Shown here piece by piece: positions 38,604-49,743 of a stretch of DNA of 64,000 nt (position 1 is the stretch's first letter; each line of letters opens with the position of its first letter). Under the pieces are notes generated by a model that worked only from the letters and a program-made list of their open reading frames with translations, was not told the origin of the DNA and made no database searches. Both the position numbers and the translations under genes were made by a program. The DNA is taken from contig NC_086108.1 in the NCBI RefSeq assembly GCF_963921235.1, positions 69,876,001-69,940,000 on the forward strand, in the 5' to 3' direction. The DNA is from Mobula hypostoma (Eukaryota).

Positions 38604-38843
38604 CTGAAAAAAATATTAAAGTTAGCTATTTATTCTTAAAAGAATCTTTCACTTGTTAACAGCCAAATTAAAACAAACAACAATATCAAAATGAATGGCA
38701 AGCCTATAGTCATGTAATAATGATGCTTATATTTTCATACAGTACATTCATAGTATACTGTGTAATTTAACAGTTATTTTTAAGATTTAATAAAAATAAG
38801 CTGACATTAGAAATATTCTCTGCAAAAGTTCAAGTACTTGAAA

Positions 38844-39170
38844 GAATAAACTCTTCTTGGGCTTCCAGCCACATACAGATATCGATTATAATTGACATTT
38901 CATTGACAAACTCCACCATCTTCATCAGGGATGATGCCGAGGCATCTCTAGTCTGGTGGCATTTATACTGCCATAGGACGTCCCTCCTCTCATCCAATCA
39001 GGTGGGACGGACTACAGCAGTACAAATACCATCAGACTCGGCATCATCCCTGATGAAGGCGGCAGAGTCTGTCATTGAAACGTCAGTTATAATCGATACC
39101 TGTATCTGGCTGGAAGCCCAAGAAGAGTTTATTCGTCATATACATTGGGAAAGCACTAGATCCTTCAAAA
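38844..39170. mobile_element. Fold-back pLTR insert of a second Penelope-like family
   Basis: ~98-bp inverted arms 38844-38941 / 39037-39134; arm contains CTGATGAAG..GAAACGTC and ends GAAGAGTTTATT. Confidence 0.75.
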
Positions 39171-39524
39171 CATGAAAGGCTGAACATGGACAATTTGGCA
39201 ATACGCACTACCACTTTGAGAGACAGAATAAAAATGTTACTGAAATCCTTCTAACTCTGTTACATTAACTATGGGGAGAACATATGATTATGATTTTCAA
39301 CCAAGAGTATCTCCAACAGATTGAGAAAACACCAAAGATAAGGAATTATAGAGACATATAAGACAGGATACTGTAGGATGGCGAGAAACAGGCCCTTTAG
39401 CTTATGAGTCTGCATCAACCATCAATCAAAGAAAATGTTTGAAAATAGCTAAAATTGGGTGAAAAATGAATACATTAGATTAAATTAGATTATGAGGACA
39501 CTCATTACATTGTCAGTAACTCAC

Positions 39525-39663
39525 CTGATAATAAACAGTGACCTCTGAATTGGCATCATTTTTGTTCAGAGACTTTACTTTGCACACATGTGGCTTATTA
39601 GGTAACTCCACAACCCTGAACTGCACAGGTACATCCTTCACCAGTGGTTTGCACTGCAGCTTC
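39525..39663 (-). CDS. NRDC: NRDC exon (KLQCKPLVKDVPVQFRVVELPNKPHVCKVKSLNKNDANSEVTVYYQ)
   Basis: AG acceptor and GTGAGT donor; frame continuous. Confidence 0.95.
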
Positions 39664-39872
39664 CTGCAATGCAATTAACAAAGTACAGTAATCATTCTAC
39701 CATTTTAAAATTATATGCATGAAGGCAATTATAAGAAATTTAAACAGCATTTCTGGGCTTTCAGAAACTTGTATTTTGTTTAGCAGGAAGGGCTTTATTA
39801 TTAGAATTCACCAATAATTCATTACAAATTTCACCACCTTTGTGTGACAAGGAGAAAGAAAAAAATACTTAC

Positions 39873-39904
39873 TTCACAATATAATTTAGAAATTCAATGG
39901 ACTC
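39873..39904 (-). CDS. NRDC: NRDC 32-nt exon (ESIEFLNYIV)
   Basis: ctcttcaaag acceptor and GTAAGT donor; needed for phase; matches ESMDFLKYVV of nardilysin. Confidence 0.9.
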
Positions 39905-40494
39905 CTTTGAAGAGAAAACAGAATCATTAGTTTCATGCTAAAACTCAATCTTTGATAAACAAATAAAATCTTCTTAAAGTCAAAGTAGATGTACTACATG
40001 AAACAAAACACACAATCTTAAGTTTCCCCAATCAGAAAGCACTAAATTAACTAGTTAAGCCACAGAGGCTTTCTACTCAGTACTGTGTATGTATAATAAC
40101 TATATGTCAATACTTGCAGTTCTTGTGTCTATTTTGACCTTAAATGCCAGATTTTAAAAACATTGGCAGCAAATTTGGTGAGAAGAAATGAAAATAAAAT
40201 AGTTCAATAAGACTTGTGTCTAAACACAAAGAATTTGAGAAGTAATGTGAACATCCTGCTCATAAGGGGCACTAGAAACAATACTTATCTGCCTGACAAT
40301 GACCTGAGTTGTCCTGGCAGTACTGAGCAAAAATAACCCACGTATGTGCCGGAAAGTTGATGGATTTGATGCTTTCATGGTCAAAAACAGAAACTAAAAA
40401 TTTTCCGAGCTGTAATAAAGTCAGGATACATTTTTTTTAAATGAACATTTTATGCTTCATAAAAATATGATTTTAAAATGTATTTTTAGGTATA

Positions 40495-42038
40495 CAATAC
40501 TATGCAGAAGTCTAGGCACATGAAAAAAAAAATCTGTAAAGCAAAGATGCTTCCAAAAATAATGAAATGAAAAATTTCTAAGTATCAAAAATTTACTATA
40601 AAAAGCAGTAAACAGTAAATCAAATCAACATTTGCTGTGAGCACCCTTTGCCTTTAAAACCCCATCAGTTCTCTGAGGTACATTGTCATGCAGTTTTATA
40701 AGATCAGCTGGTAGGTGGTTCCAAGCATCTTGCAGAACTTGCCACAGTTCTTCTGCACACTCTGGTCATCTCGTTTGCTTCTGTCTATCCAGGTAATCCA
40801 AACAGCTTTGATAATGTTCATAATCAGGGCTCTGTAGAGGCCATACCATCTTTTGCAGAACTCCTTGTTCTTCTTTTTGCAGAAGATAATTCTTTATGAC
40901 CTTGGCTGTGTGTCTGGGGCCATTGTCATGCTGCAGAATGAAGTTAGGACAGATCTGTCACCTCCCTGATGGTATTGCACGATTGGTAAGAATACGCTTG
41001 TACTTTTCAATATTAAGGATTCCATTAATTCTGAACAGATCATCAATTCTATTTGCAGAAATGCAGCCCCAAAGCTGCACGGAGCCTCCACCATGCTTCA
41101 CTGTTGGCTGCTGACCCTCATGCATGCAGTGCTCTTCTATGGACAAACTGCCACCTGTATGAGGCAAAATCTTCAAATTTTGACTTGTCAGTCCAGAGCA
41201 CTTGCTGCCATTGCTCAGTATCCCAGTCCGTGTGATTTTGTGCGGAGCCTAGTCTCTTGGCTTTGTTTCCGATTTGGAGGAATGTCTCTTTGGCAGCAAC
41301 TCCATGAAAATCACTTCTGGCAGGACTTCTCTGGACTATAGAGGGCTGCACTTGAGTACAGAGCCAATAGCAATGCTGGATTTTTTCCAATTTAGATGGA
41401 ACATCAGTTTGATGCATCTCTCATCTGCTGCAGTTTCCATGGCTGACCACTGTTTCAGATACTCATTCTTGTCCATTTCTTTGTGGTTCTTCAGAAGAGC
41501 TTGGCCAGCAGATCTTGAAACTCTTGTCTACTATGAAAATTCTGCTTGGGAGAGACCTTGCTGATGCAGGATGACCACCATGCGTCTTGTTGCTGTGCTC
41601 ACTCTTGTCATGGTTACAAGAATTCATGATTTGAAGGTTAAAATGTCACATCTGCCACACCCTCACCTTCCATTTGGTTGTACTTCACCTAGCTCAATTC
41701 CTCCTTCATCCCGTTTGTTTGTTTATCAGTTTAGTTCATTCAACTCATTATGTCATTGATCAACAGCACCTCTTTGTTTTCTTGTTTATTCATGCACTGG
41801 GCTATATATCTACAAAGTATTCAAGTTTTTATTTGAAAAGTGGTTTATTACTTAATATGTTACTTTCTTTATCAAAATACAAACATTTCTCTATAACATT
41901 TACTCTTATGTAAAATTAATGTTTGGAAATCTAAAATTTGCCCTTCCTAGCACACTAATCCAGAAGACCAAAAAAAAAATCAAAACAAAACTTATACAAA
42001 AAAAACCTAAGGTGCCCAAGACATTTTGCACAGTACTG
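40495..42038 (-). mobile_element. Degenerate Tc1 transposon
   Basis: TA-flanked TIRs (CAATACTATGCAGAAGTCTAGGCAC / GTGCCCAAGACATTTTGCACAGTACTG); PTVKHGGGSVQLWGCIS and WQQVLWTDKSKFE fragments. Confidence 0.88.
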
Positions 42039-42404
42039 TACTTTATACCCCGCCCCCCTCCCCACCGCCCCGGCTGTTTGTTGTTCTCAGAGACATTCGG
42101 AAATATTAGTGAAACCTGGCATCTTTGCCATGCAGAAGCAGTACCATCAAAAGCAGCTGGGGCATTGCCGCATAGCTTCAGCAGCCCCATTCAATCGGAT
42201 ATCTTGCATCATCTATGTACATCTTGCATGTGACCCTGTGGGTTTCTCCCAGGCTTTATGTTATCCAGAGTAACAACATTTTAAGAAAGTAGTTTCCACA
42301 CCCTCCCTCTATATAATTTACAGTATTTCCAACCTTCTTAGAAATGTTCAATGTCAATAGAAACTATCTTTTGCTGGTTAACTATTTCGCACTAAAACAT
42401 TTAC

Positions 42405-42570
42405 TTTGCTTGTGAAATTTCCTTGCACTAGTCCTTCTACAAAAAGGTGGGATTTAAAGTTCTTCACAAACGACATCAGTGCTTCAATTGAGATTCCATC
42501 TTTCATCAAGGTCTGGTACTTCTGCATCAAAGACCACCGTTCATGTTCCAGAATTGATAAGCGTACATCT
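42405..42570 (-). CDS. NRDC: NRDC exon (DVRLSILEHERWSLMQKYQTLMKDGISIEALMSFVKNFKSHLFVEGLVQGNFTSK)
   Basis: AG/GT boundaries; frame continuous. Confidence 0.96.
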
Positions 42571-44046
42571 CTGTAAAAAGATAGCACAAAAGAAAGGCTA
42601 CTTGCTGATGCACATATTCAAGATCTGCAATTCAATTTATTTAAGACACTCCAAGCAGAAATGTCTGTAATAAAGCTCCCAAATGGCATAACTTCATTAA
42701 AAAAAACATATTTTAGAGTATAGTGGACCATCCACCACAGAAGTATACAGATATAGTTTTGTCAACAGGGGCCTTAAATGAAAAAAAAAGCTAAGAACTT
42801 ATGCTAAATCCTTAACATATTGCTCATGAGGACTCAATCAGAATATTCTGTAGAATTCCAAGCACCATATTTTGTGAAGATGGCTGATACCCTGGGATGA
42901 GCAGAGAGAGGTTGCCATTTGAGAGCACTGAATGTGAAACAGGGACCACAGGATACTGTTCACATAAGCTGGTTCATGTAAAACAAGCATAACTCAATCT
43001 TGATTGTTAATTAAGTTGTATTCATCTGAGCAAGTGGACAATATTCCCTTGAAGATGGTGAAAATGCTATGGAGAATCAAGAACTGAGTCTTCACTCACC
43101 AGAGTTACCAACCTGTGACCTTCTCTAAAGCTACAGGTCTAATTATCTGGTTGGTCTATTAGGTTTATGATCAAATGGAAACCTGAGGATTTTGACAGTG
43201 AGTGACTACACAAAAAAATTGGCATCAAAAAATCAACACAGAAATTGTTGGAGCAACTCAAGTCAGGCAGACCCTCTTCATCGGGACTGGAAAGGAAAGA
43301 AGCAAAGGCCAGAATCAAAAGATTGGGGTGAGGAGGGGATGCAGCACAAACTGGCAGGTGACACGTGAAATCAGGTGAGGGGGAAGGTGGGAGTGATGAA
43401 GTAAGAAGCTTGGAGGTGATAACTGGAAGAGATATGAGGCAATAGGAGCAATCTAATAAGAAAGGACAGTGCACCATGTAAGAAAGGGAAGGAGGAGGGG
43501 CACCAGAGGGAGGAGATAGGCAGGTGAGGAGAAGAGAGAGGACGAGAAAGGAACTAGAATGGGAAATAGGAAAAGAGAGAAGGGGAAGGGGGAGAAATTA
43601 CTGGGAGTTAACAAAATTGATATTTATGCCTTCAGGTTGGAGGCTACCCAGATGGTACAAGGTGTTGCTTCTACATCCTGAAAGTGGTCTCATCATGGCA
43701 TTAGAGGAAGCTATGGACAGACATGTCAGAATGGGAATAAAAGATCGAATTGAAACGATGGCTACCGGGAGATCCTGCCTTCAGACAGAATGAAGGTGCT
43801 CAATAAAGCGGTCCCTGAATCTACATCGGGACTCACAGATGTAAAGAAGGTTGCTCCAGGAGCACCAGAAGACCCCAAAAGTCTCACAGGTGAAGTGTTG
43901 TCTCACTTGGAAAGCCTGTTTGGAGCCTTAAATATGGTAAGGGAGGAAGTGTAGGTGAAGGGTATCGCACATGTCACACTTGAAGGGACTAGTGCCAGGA
44001 AGGAGATCAGTTGGGAGGGATGAGTGAACAAGGGGGTCATGTAGAC

Positions 44047-45246
44047 CAGCGGTCCCCAACCACCGGGCCGCGGACCGGTACCAGGTCACAAAGCACGTGC
44101 TACTGGGCCGCGAGGAAACGATATGATTTGGCAATATGAGTCAGCTGCACCTTTCCTCATTCCCTGTCACGCCCACTGTTGAGCTTGAATGCATGCGAGG
44201 TCATTACCCGCACATCATCCATGTCAGTGCGGGAAGGAGATCAACTCCTTGAGCTTGCAAATGACAGCTGGCTGAAAAGTATGTTTGACCGCATTCTGGA
44301 TCAAAGTCAAGGCTGAATATCCTGAGATAGCCACGAAAGCACTGAAAACATTGCTTCCATTTCCAACATATCTCTGCAATGAATGCAACGAAAACTAAAT
44401 TGTGGAATAGACTGGACATAAGGTACCCCCTTCGAGTATCGCTGTCTCCCATCACCCCTTGATGGCACCGTCTTGTTGCAGGGAAACAAGCCCAGGGCTC
44501 CCACCGATTCAGCGATATTGGTGTGTTGCAATGATTTTATATGTTCATATGGGGAAAATATGTGCTGTGTGTTTAATATCCAAATGTTACTTAAAATGTT
44601 ATGATGCTATTGACTTACTTATATAACCATATAACAATTACAGCACAGAAACAGGCCATCTCTGCCCTGCTAGTCCATGCCAAACGCTACTCTCACCTAG
44701 TCCCACCGACCTGCATTCAGCCCATAACCCTCCATTCCTTTCCTGTCCATATACCTATCCAATTTTTCATTAAATGATAATATCGAACCTGCCTCTACCA
44801 CTTCTACTGGAAGGTCGTTCAACACTTACTTCATGCTCCCTTGTCCTCCCGACAATGGACTTATCACTATATTCATGCAAGGAAAATATGCACTGTGTGT
44901 TTAATACTAAATTTGTTAGATAAACCCTTTTACAAACGAAATTGAGTGTATTAGCCACTTATCACCTATATTCCGGTTGTGATTAACACCCCCCCGCACC
45001 TCCGAACAAAATCGCCAAAAACGATTTGTAGAAAAAAAAAATCGGCATGTACACGCATGCGTACTGGTGCCCGCGCAAGGTTTCATGGTCATTGCAGTCT
45101 TTCTCGGGGTAAACACAATGTATTTGACTGCTACTCTTGTCCGTTGGCAACCCTACCCCCCCCCGCCCCCAACTGGGTTGGCCAGTCTGCAAGAATATTG
45201 TCAATAATAAACCGGTCCGCGTTGCAAAAAAGGTTGGGGACCCCTG
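44047..45246 (+). mobile_element. Non-autonomous hAT (Charlie-like) DNA transposon
   Basis: 8-bp TSD ATGTAGAC (44039-44046 / 45247-45254); TIRs CAGCGGTCCCCAACC / GGTTGGGGACCCCTG; hATC remnant FWIKVKAEYPEIATKALKTLLPFPT. Confidence 0.93.
44621..44823 (-). mobile_element. CR1 3' fragment inside the hAT element
   Basis: (ATAACCAT)-type tail; flanked by ACTTACTT (44613-44620 / 44824-44831). Confidence 0.7.
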
Positions 45247-46100
45247 ATGTAGACAACAATCCCTACAGAATGGTGCAGGGAGTGAGGGTGGGGGGAGGGA
45301 TAAGTGTGCTTAGTAGTAGAATCCTATTGTACAGTAGATGGCAAAAGTTATTAAGAATGACGTACTGGATACATAGGCTCGTAAGTGGTAAAGTGAGGAC
45401 AAAGGGAACCCCAACCTTGTTTTGACAGCGGCAAGATGGGATGTGCTGGAAATGCAGGAGATGCAGGTGAGGTCACCAGAGGATGTGACAGGACTGCAGA
45501 ACTTTAGTTTGATCTGATGGTTGTGGGTTTATTGAATCATGCTGCTTCACCTGTTGATACAGCTTTAACAAGTTGGCACTTCAACGTTAGCCTTGGCTCA
45601 GTGTTCTTAGGGTGCTCCTATACACATCTCTGAATCAGGATGGAATTTTAATGCCAGCGTGAAAGAAATGACCATTCACAAGTTTACAGATTATCACTAA
45701 TTAATCAATCCAAAATACAAAGCCAATGGAGGTAACGGCAATCCTGAAAGCATCAGAATGTACTAAACACCCATCTAATTCATGAACATACATATAAACT
45801 TTACTGTGCTTTATCCATTGCTCATTGAATTTTAACTACTCCCCCAAAAGGTTTAGTATTCTACTCAGGTGTCACCAGCATATCTTTTTAAGGACATAGA
45901 TATGACAAAGAATGATAGTCTTGTCAACAATATTCACATTGCTCAAGAGTGGAGCAAAACATATAAGATGCAATAACAATCTTCCAGCGGATGTGATTAA
46001 AAGAGTGGGAATTTAAGACATGACTTCTACCATTAAAAGACATCTCAAAATGAAACAATTACAATTAAAGCATCAATAAATGAATGAATTCTTCACTTAC

Positions 46101-46228
46101 TTTCCCAGTTTTTCAGGTTTGATCAAAACATTGAAGTAACTCTTTTTTAATTGTTCTACAATCATTCCAAACACATCTGGAGTGGTTGCAAAATTGGCCA
46201 GATGATCAATGATGAGCTGAAACAGAAG
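46101..46228 (-). CDS. NRDC: NRDC exon (LLFQLIIDHLANFATTPDVFGMIVEQLKKSYFNVLIKPEKLG)
   Basis: AG acceptor and GTAAGT donor; frame continuous. Confidence 0.96.
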
Positions 46229-47312
46229 CTGATGAAAAGAGGTAACTTAAATAATTTATCTGTAGAATTTTGCAAATATGGTATATTGGTATTAGAAATA
46301 CAATCCACTTTTACTTAATTTGTTTGTTTTATTCCCTTCTTTAGTTTAACATCAGAAATTGTAAAAAAAACTCCTTAAATTCCCTTCCCATCTAAGAAAA
46401 TTAATATCCAAACTCAAACTAGAACTCAGGCCCCAGGGACAAGATCATGACTCCAATCTCTACAGTCCATGTTCCTTGTGTCATAGCTAATCTCACATCA
46501 TTGTTTACCAGGTTCTCAGATTCAACAAAATGCTCGTATACTTCAGCTTCAAAACCCAAATCATTATTCCCTGTGCTTCTTTGGAAAGGGTGGAGGAGGG
46601 TAGTGGTGCTAAGGGAGTTCATTTTAGACTGTGGAAGAAAACGATTAATAAACATGTAAACAAATTTAGCTGCAATTAACAAACCACACGTCAGTGTTAG
46701 AGGAAAAAAGGGCCACAAGGAGCAATCAATACTTTTTTTGCATTCCTTTTTCAGCTGTGGTCTTTACTAGCAAGGCTGGCTTTTATCACCTATTCTCAAA
46801 CATTCTTGAGGCAGTGCTAGTAAGCCATTGATCCACTGCAGTCTTCCTGGTGAAGGTACACCCACAGGTAAGGAATCCCAGTACTTTGATCCAGCAATAA
46901 CAGAGGAAATATTAATAAACACTAAAATAGCAATCAGGAGAATAGAAAACAGCAATGACATTTCATTAAAGAAACACAGACAATCCCCCTCACCCCATGT
47001 TATGGAAGGTTTACAGTCCTAGAAAAACCATCCATAGACATTTTCTGTATCACAAAACCCCTATTTACATACATTCCTTCAGGATGTCGCTCAGTACTGT
47101 AGATTTGAATATAACATAACCCAATCAATTTGGTTGGCAGTCACAGTGGAATCCCTCCTTCGTCACGCACTCTCTATTCAAGGACAAAGTGACAGATCTC
47201 TTGATGCACAAGGTTCATGGATTTGGAAAGGGTTTAGGAAGTGGGGATATCATGAAAAGGCATGAACTATGAGAACTGGAATTCATAGTGGAAAGATTAT
47301 TTGGAAGGAGTT

Positions 47313-47472
47313 ACAACATACATCAAAGTTGCTGGTGAACGCAGCAGGCCAAGCAGCATCTATAGGAAGAGGCGCAGTCGACGTTTCCTATAGATGCTGC
47401 TTGGCCTGCTGCGTTCACCAGCAACTTTGATGTATGTTGCTTGAATTTCCAGCATCTGCAGAATTCCTGTTG
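47313..47472. mobile_element. Fold-back Penelope-like pLTR insert with a perfect 55-bp stem
   Basis: 13-bp TSD TTTGGAAGGAGTT (47300-47312 / 47473-47485); arms 47314-47368 and 47385-47439. Confidence 0.88.
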
Positions 47473-48366
47473 TTTGGAAGGAGTTTAAGGGTTTGAAGGA
47501 CTAAAGTGCGGTGATAGTGGAAGAAGAGTAAAGGTTAAGGGACTTCTTTAAGAAGCTACGGCAGCTCCCCATAACGCAGCATGTCAGAGAATATGCCTCA
47601 CAGGTAAACAGCGTGGCAGCACTGCACTCTTGGAACAACTGTTGATGTTTCTGGACTGGAGAGGCTTTGGCAAAGGAGGCTACCCCTATCTCTTCACTAC
47701 GTTAAGTGACTAAAACTACAAATTGACAAAAGGTTTCTTTTGCATTCTGTGTTTACTTAGATTACTGTGTTTACATCCATCGGGATGAATTTTATACCGT
47801 ATCTCAAATATTTGTTATGACTTGTGAAGGAGGTACAGGAACCTCAGGCCACACACCACCAGTTTCAGGTACATTTACTTCTCAACCATCAGGCTCATGA
47901 ACCAGAGGGGATAATTTCATTCACCCCATCACTGAACTGATGCCACAACCTATGGCCTCACTGTCAAAGACTCTACAACTTGTTCTCGATATTTATTTAT
48001 TATTATTTTGTTTTTCTCTCTTTTAGTATTTGCAGTTGTCTTTTGCATATCGGTTGTTTGTCTGCTTTGCTGTGTACAGTTTTTCCACTGATTCTATTTT
48101 GCTTCTTCGTATCTACTGTGAATGCCCACATGAAAATGAATCTCAGGGTAGCCAACGGTGACATATGATAATTAATAACTTTAATACATTTACTTTGAAC
48201 TTCGATTTGCGTCTGGGCAAATTCCTGAAACCCAAATGGGGCCTGCTTTTCAATGTTCCAATTTAAATGTTCCTTCATGTCAGGAATAAGGAACTACAGT
48301 TGAGTGAGAAACAGTGTTTTTAGTTAAGTACACAACTAACAATGGAACTCAGAGTGAATTACATAC

Positions 48367-48517
48367 CCCAAGTTTGTGGTTAAATCCCTTCACTTTGATG
48401 ACTAATCCATGCTCTTCAGCCACTAGTTTATACTCCAGCAGTGCAACATCAGCTTCATATGCAGGTTCAGCTAGGTTGTGAGCCACAATATTCACAAATA
48501 AATCAAACAGCACCAAG
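48367..48517 (-). CDS. NRDC: NRDC exon (LVLFDLFVNIVAHNLAEPAYEADVALLEYKLVAEEHGLVIKVKGFNHKLG)
   Basis: AG acceptor and GTATGT donor; M16 middle domain. Confidence 0.96.
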
Positions 48518-49108
48518 CTAGGGGAAAATAAAGGGATGTATATAATTAAATTCAGCTGCACAATCCACTAACGTGCAAAAATGTCTTAACAATTGCATCT
48601 TTTCATAACTTCTACAAACTGGCCTCTTGAACAAGTAATATAAATTCATTAAACTGTTTCCATACACAGGGAAAGCAGTGGATAAAAATAGACATCAACC
48701 TTGAATCTTTCAAATTGATCTAACAGAACAAGATGGTCATTCTGTTCATGAGTCAGTAAAAAAAACTGGAAGAGCTTGCAGTTGTACATGATTTCCTTGA
48801 ACTCACCTGTTCCCTTATCAGTCCCCAAAAGCCATCACTGCTCGATAGTACAAAAAGCAGTACAATGTGCTCCCCCCACAGATTTTTATTGCACATTATT
48901 TAAAAGTCCAGCTGTAATACTATTTATCTCTTATTAGTGTTCTTTGCTAAATGTAAACATGAATTTCATGTTTACTTTTAATTTATTAAATGATGTTCTC
49001 AACTAATCACTTACTACAATATTAATTCCAAACCCTGCATGATCTAATTTATGATCAATTTATGACAATTTTTATTAGTATATTTACACTGATTAGTTAA
49101 ACTCTTAC

Positions 49109-49160
49109 TTTTCTGCAGATTTATGGATGTGAGGCGATATCAAGTGGAATCGGATATAAC
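49109..49160 (-). CDS. NRDC: NRDC exon (YIRFHLISPHIHKSAE)
   Basis: tttacag acceptor and GTAAGA donor; phases match. Confidence 0.94.
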
Positions 49161-49743
49161 CTGTAAAGTAATCATTTATGAGATCTTTAAAAGCAATAAT
49201 ACATACACTACATTACTGTAAATAAAAATATCCCAATATATAAACTAAAAAATAAACGATATTTCCCTTCCATTTGCTGCAATAGGTTTTACTAATTAGA
49301 TTACAACCATAAATTTGTTACTTATTTGACTTCTATAAAAATTATTTTACAAGGACACACATTATGCAAGAATATTACAAGTAGAATTCTTCTTGACTGA
49401 CACTTGCACCGCATGGACAAAAGGCAGGAGACTTGCTGGAATTTGGAGCAAAAAAAAATAACATGCAGGAAGAACTCAGCATGAAGGTTAAGCAGCAACA
49501 CTGGAGGCAAAGGGATGGTTGAAATTTTGACCAAGACCATCTGTCAGCCCTGGGAGTGCAGGAGAAAGGTATCCAGTAAAAATAAAAAGAGAGAGAGGGA
49601 AGGGTGAGACAGAGGCTGGTTGGTATTAACTGGAACAGGGACAGAGTGAGTAAGGGAGTGTGTAGGGCCAGTCAACCGTTGACACCAAGACTGGCTGGTG
49701 TTAGGTGGAACCATTAAAAATAACAGAGAACCATAAAGAAATT

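Larger units (their letters stand above)
43225..45480 (-). mobile_element. Degenerate Penelope-like retroelement (RT C-terminal, GIY-YIG and pLTR), interrupted by a hAT MITE
   Basis: Minus strand YICESRCRFRDRFIEH (~43797-43844, degenerate YIGET..RF.EH) and HLGSLQPEGININFVNSQ* (~43600-43655); pLTR remnant at 43225-43290. Confidence 0.75.
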
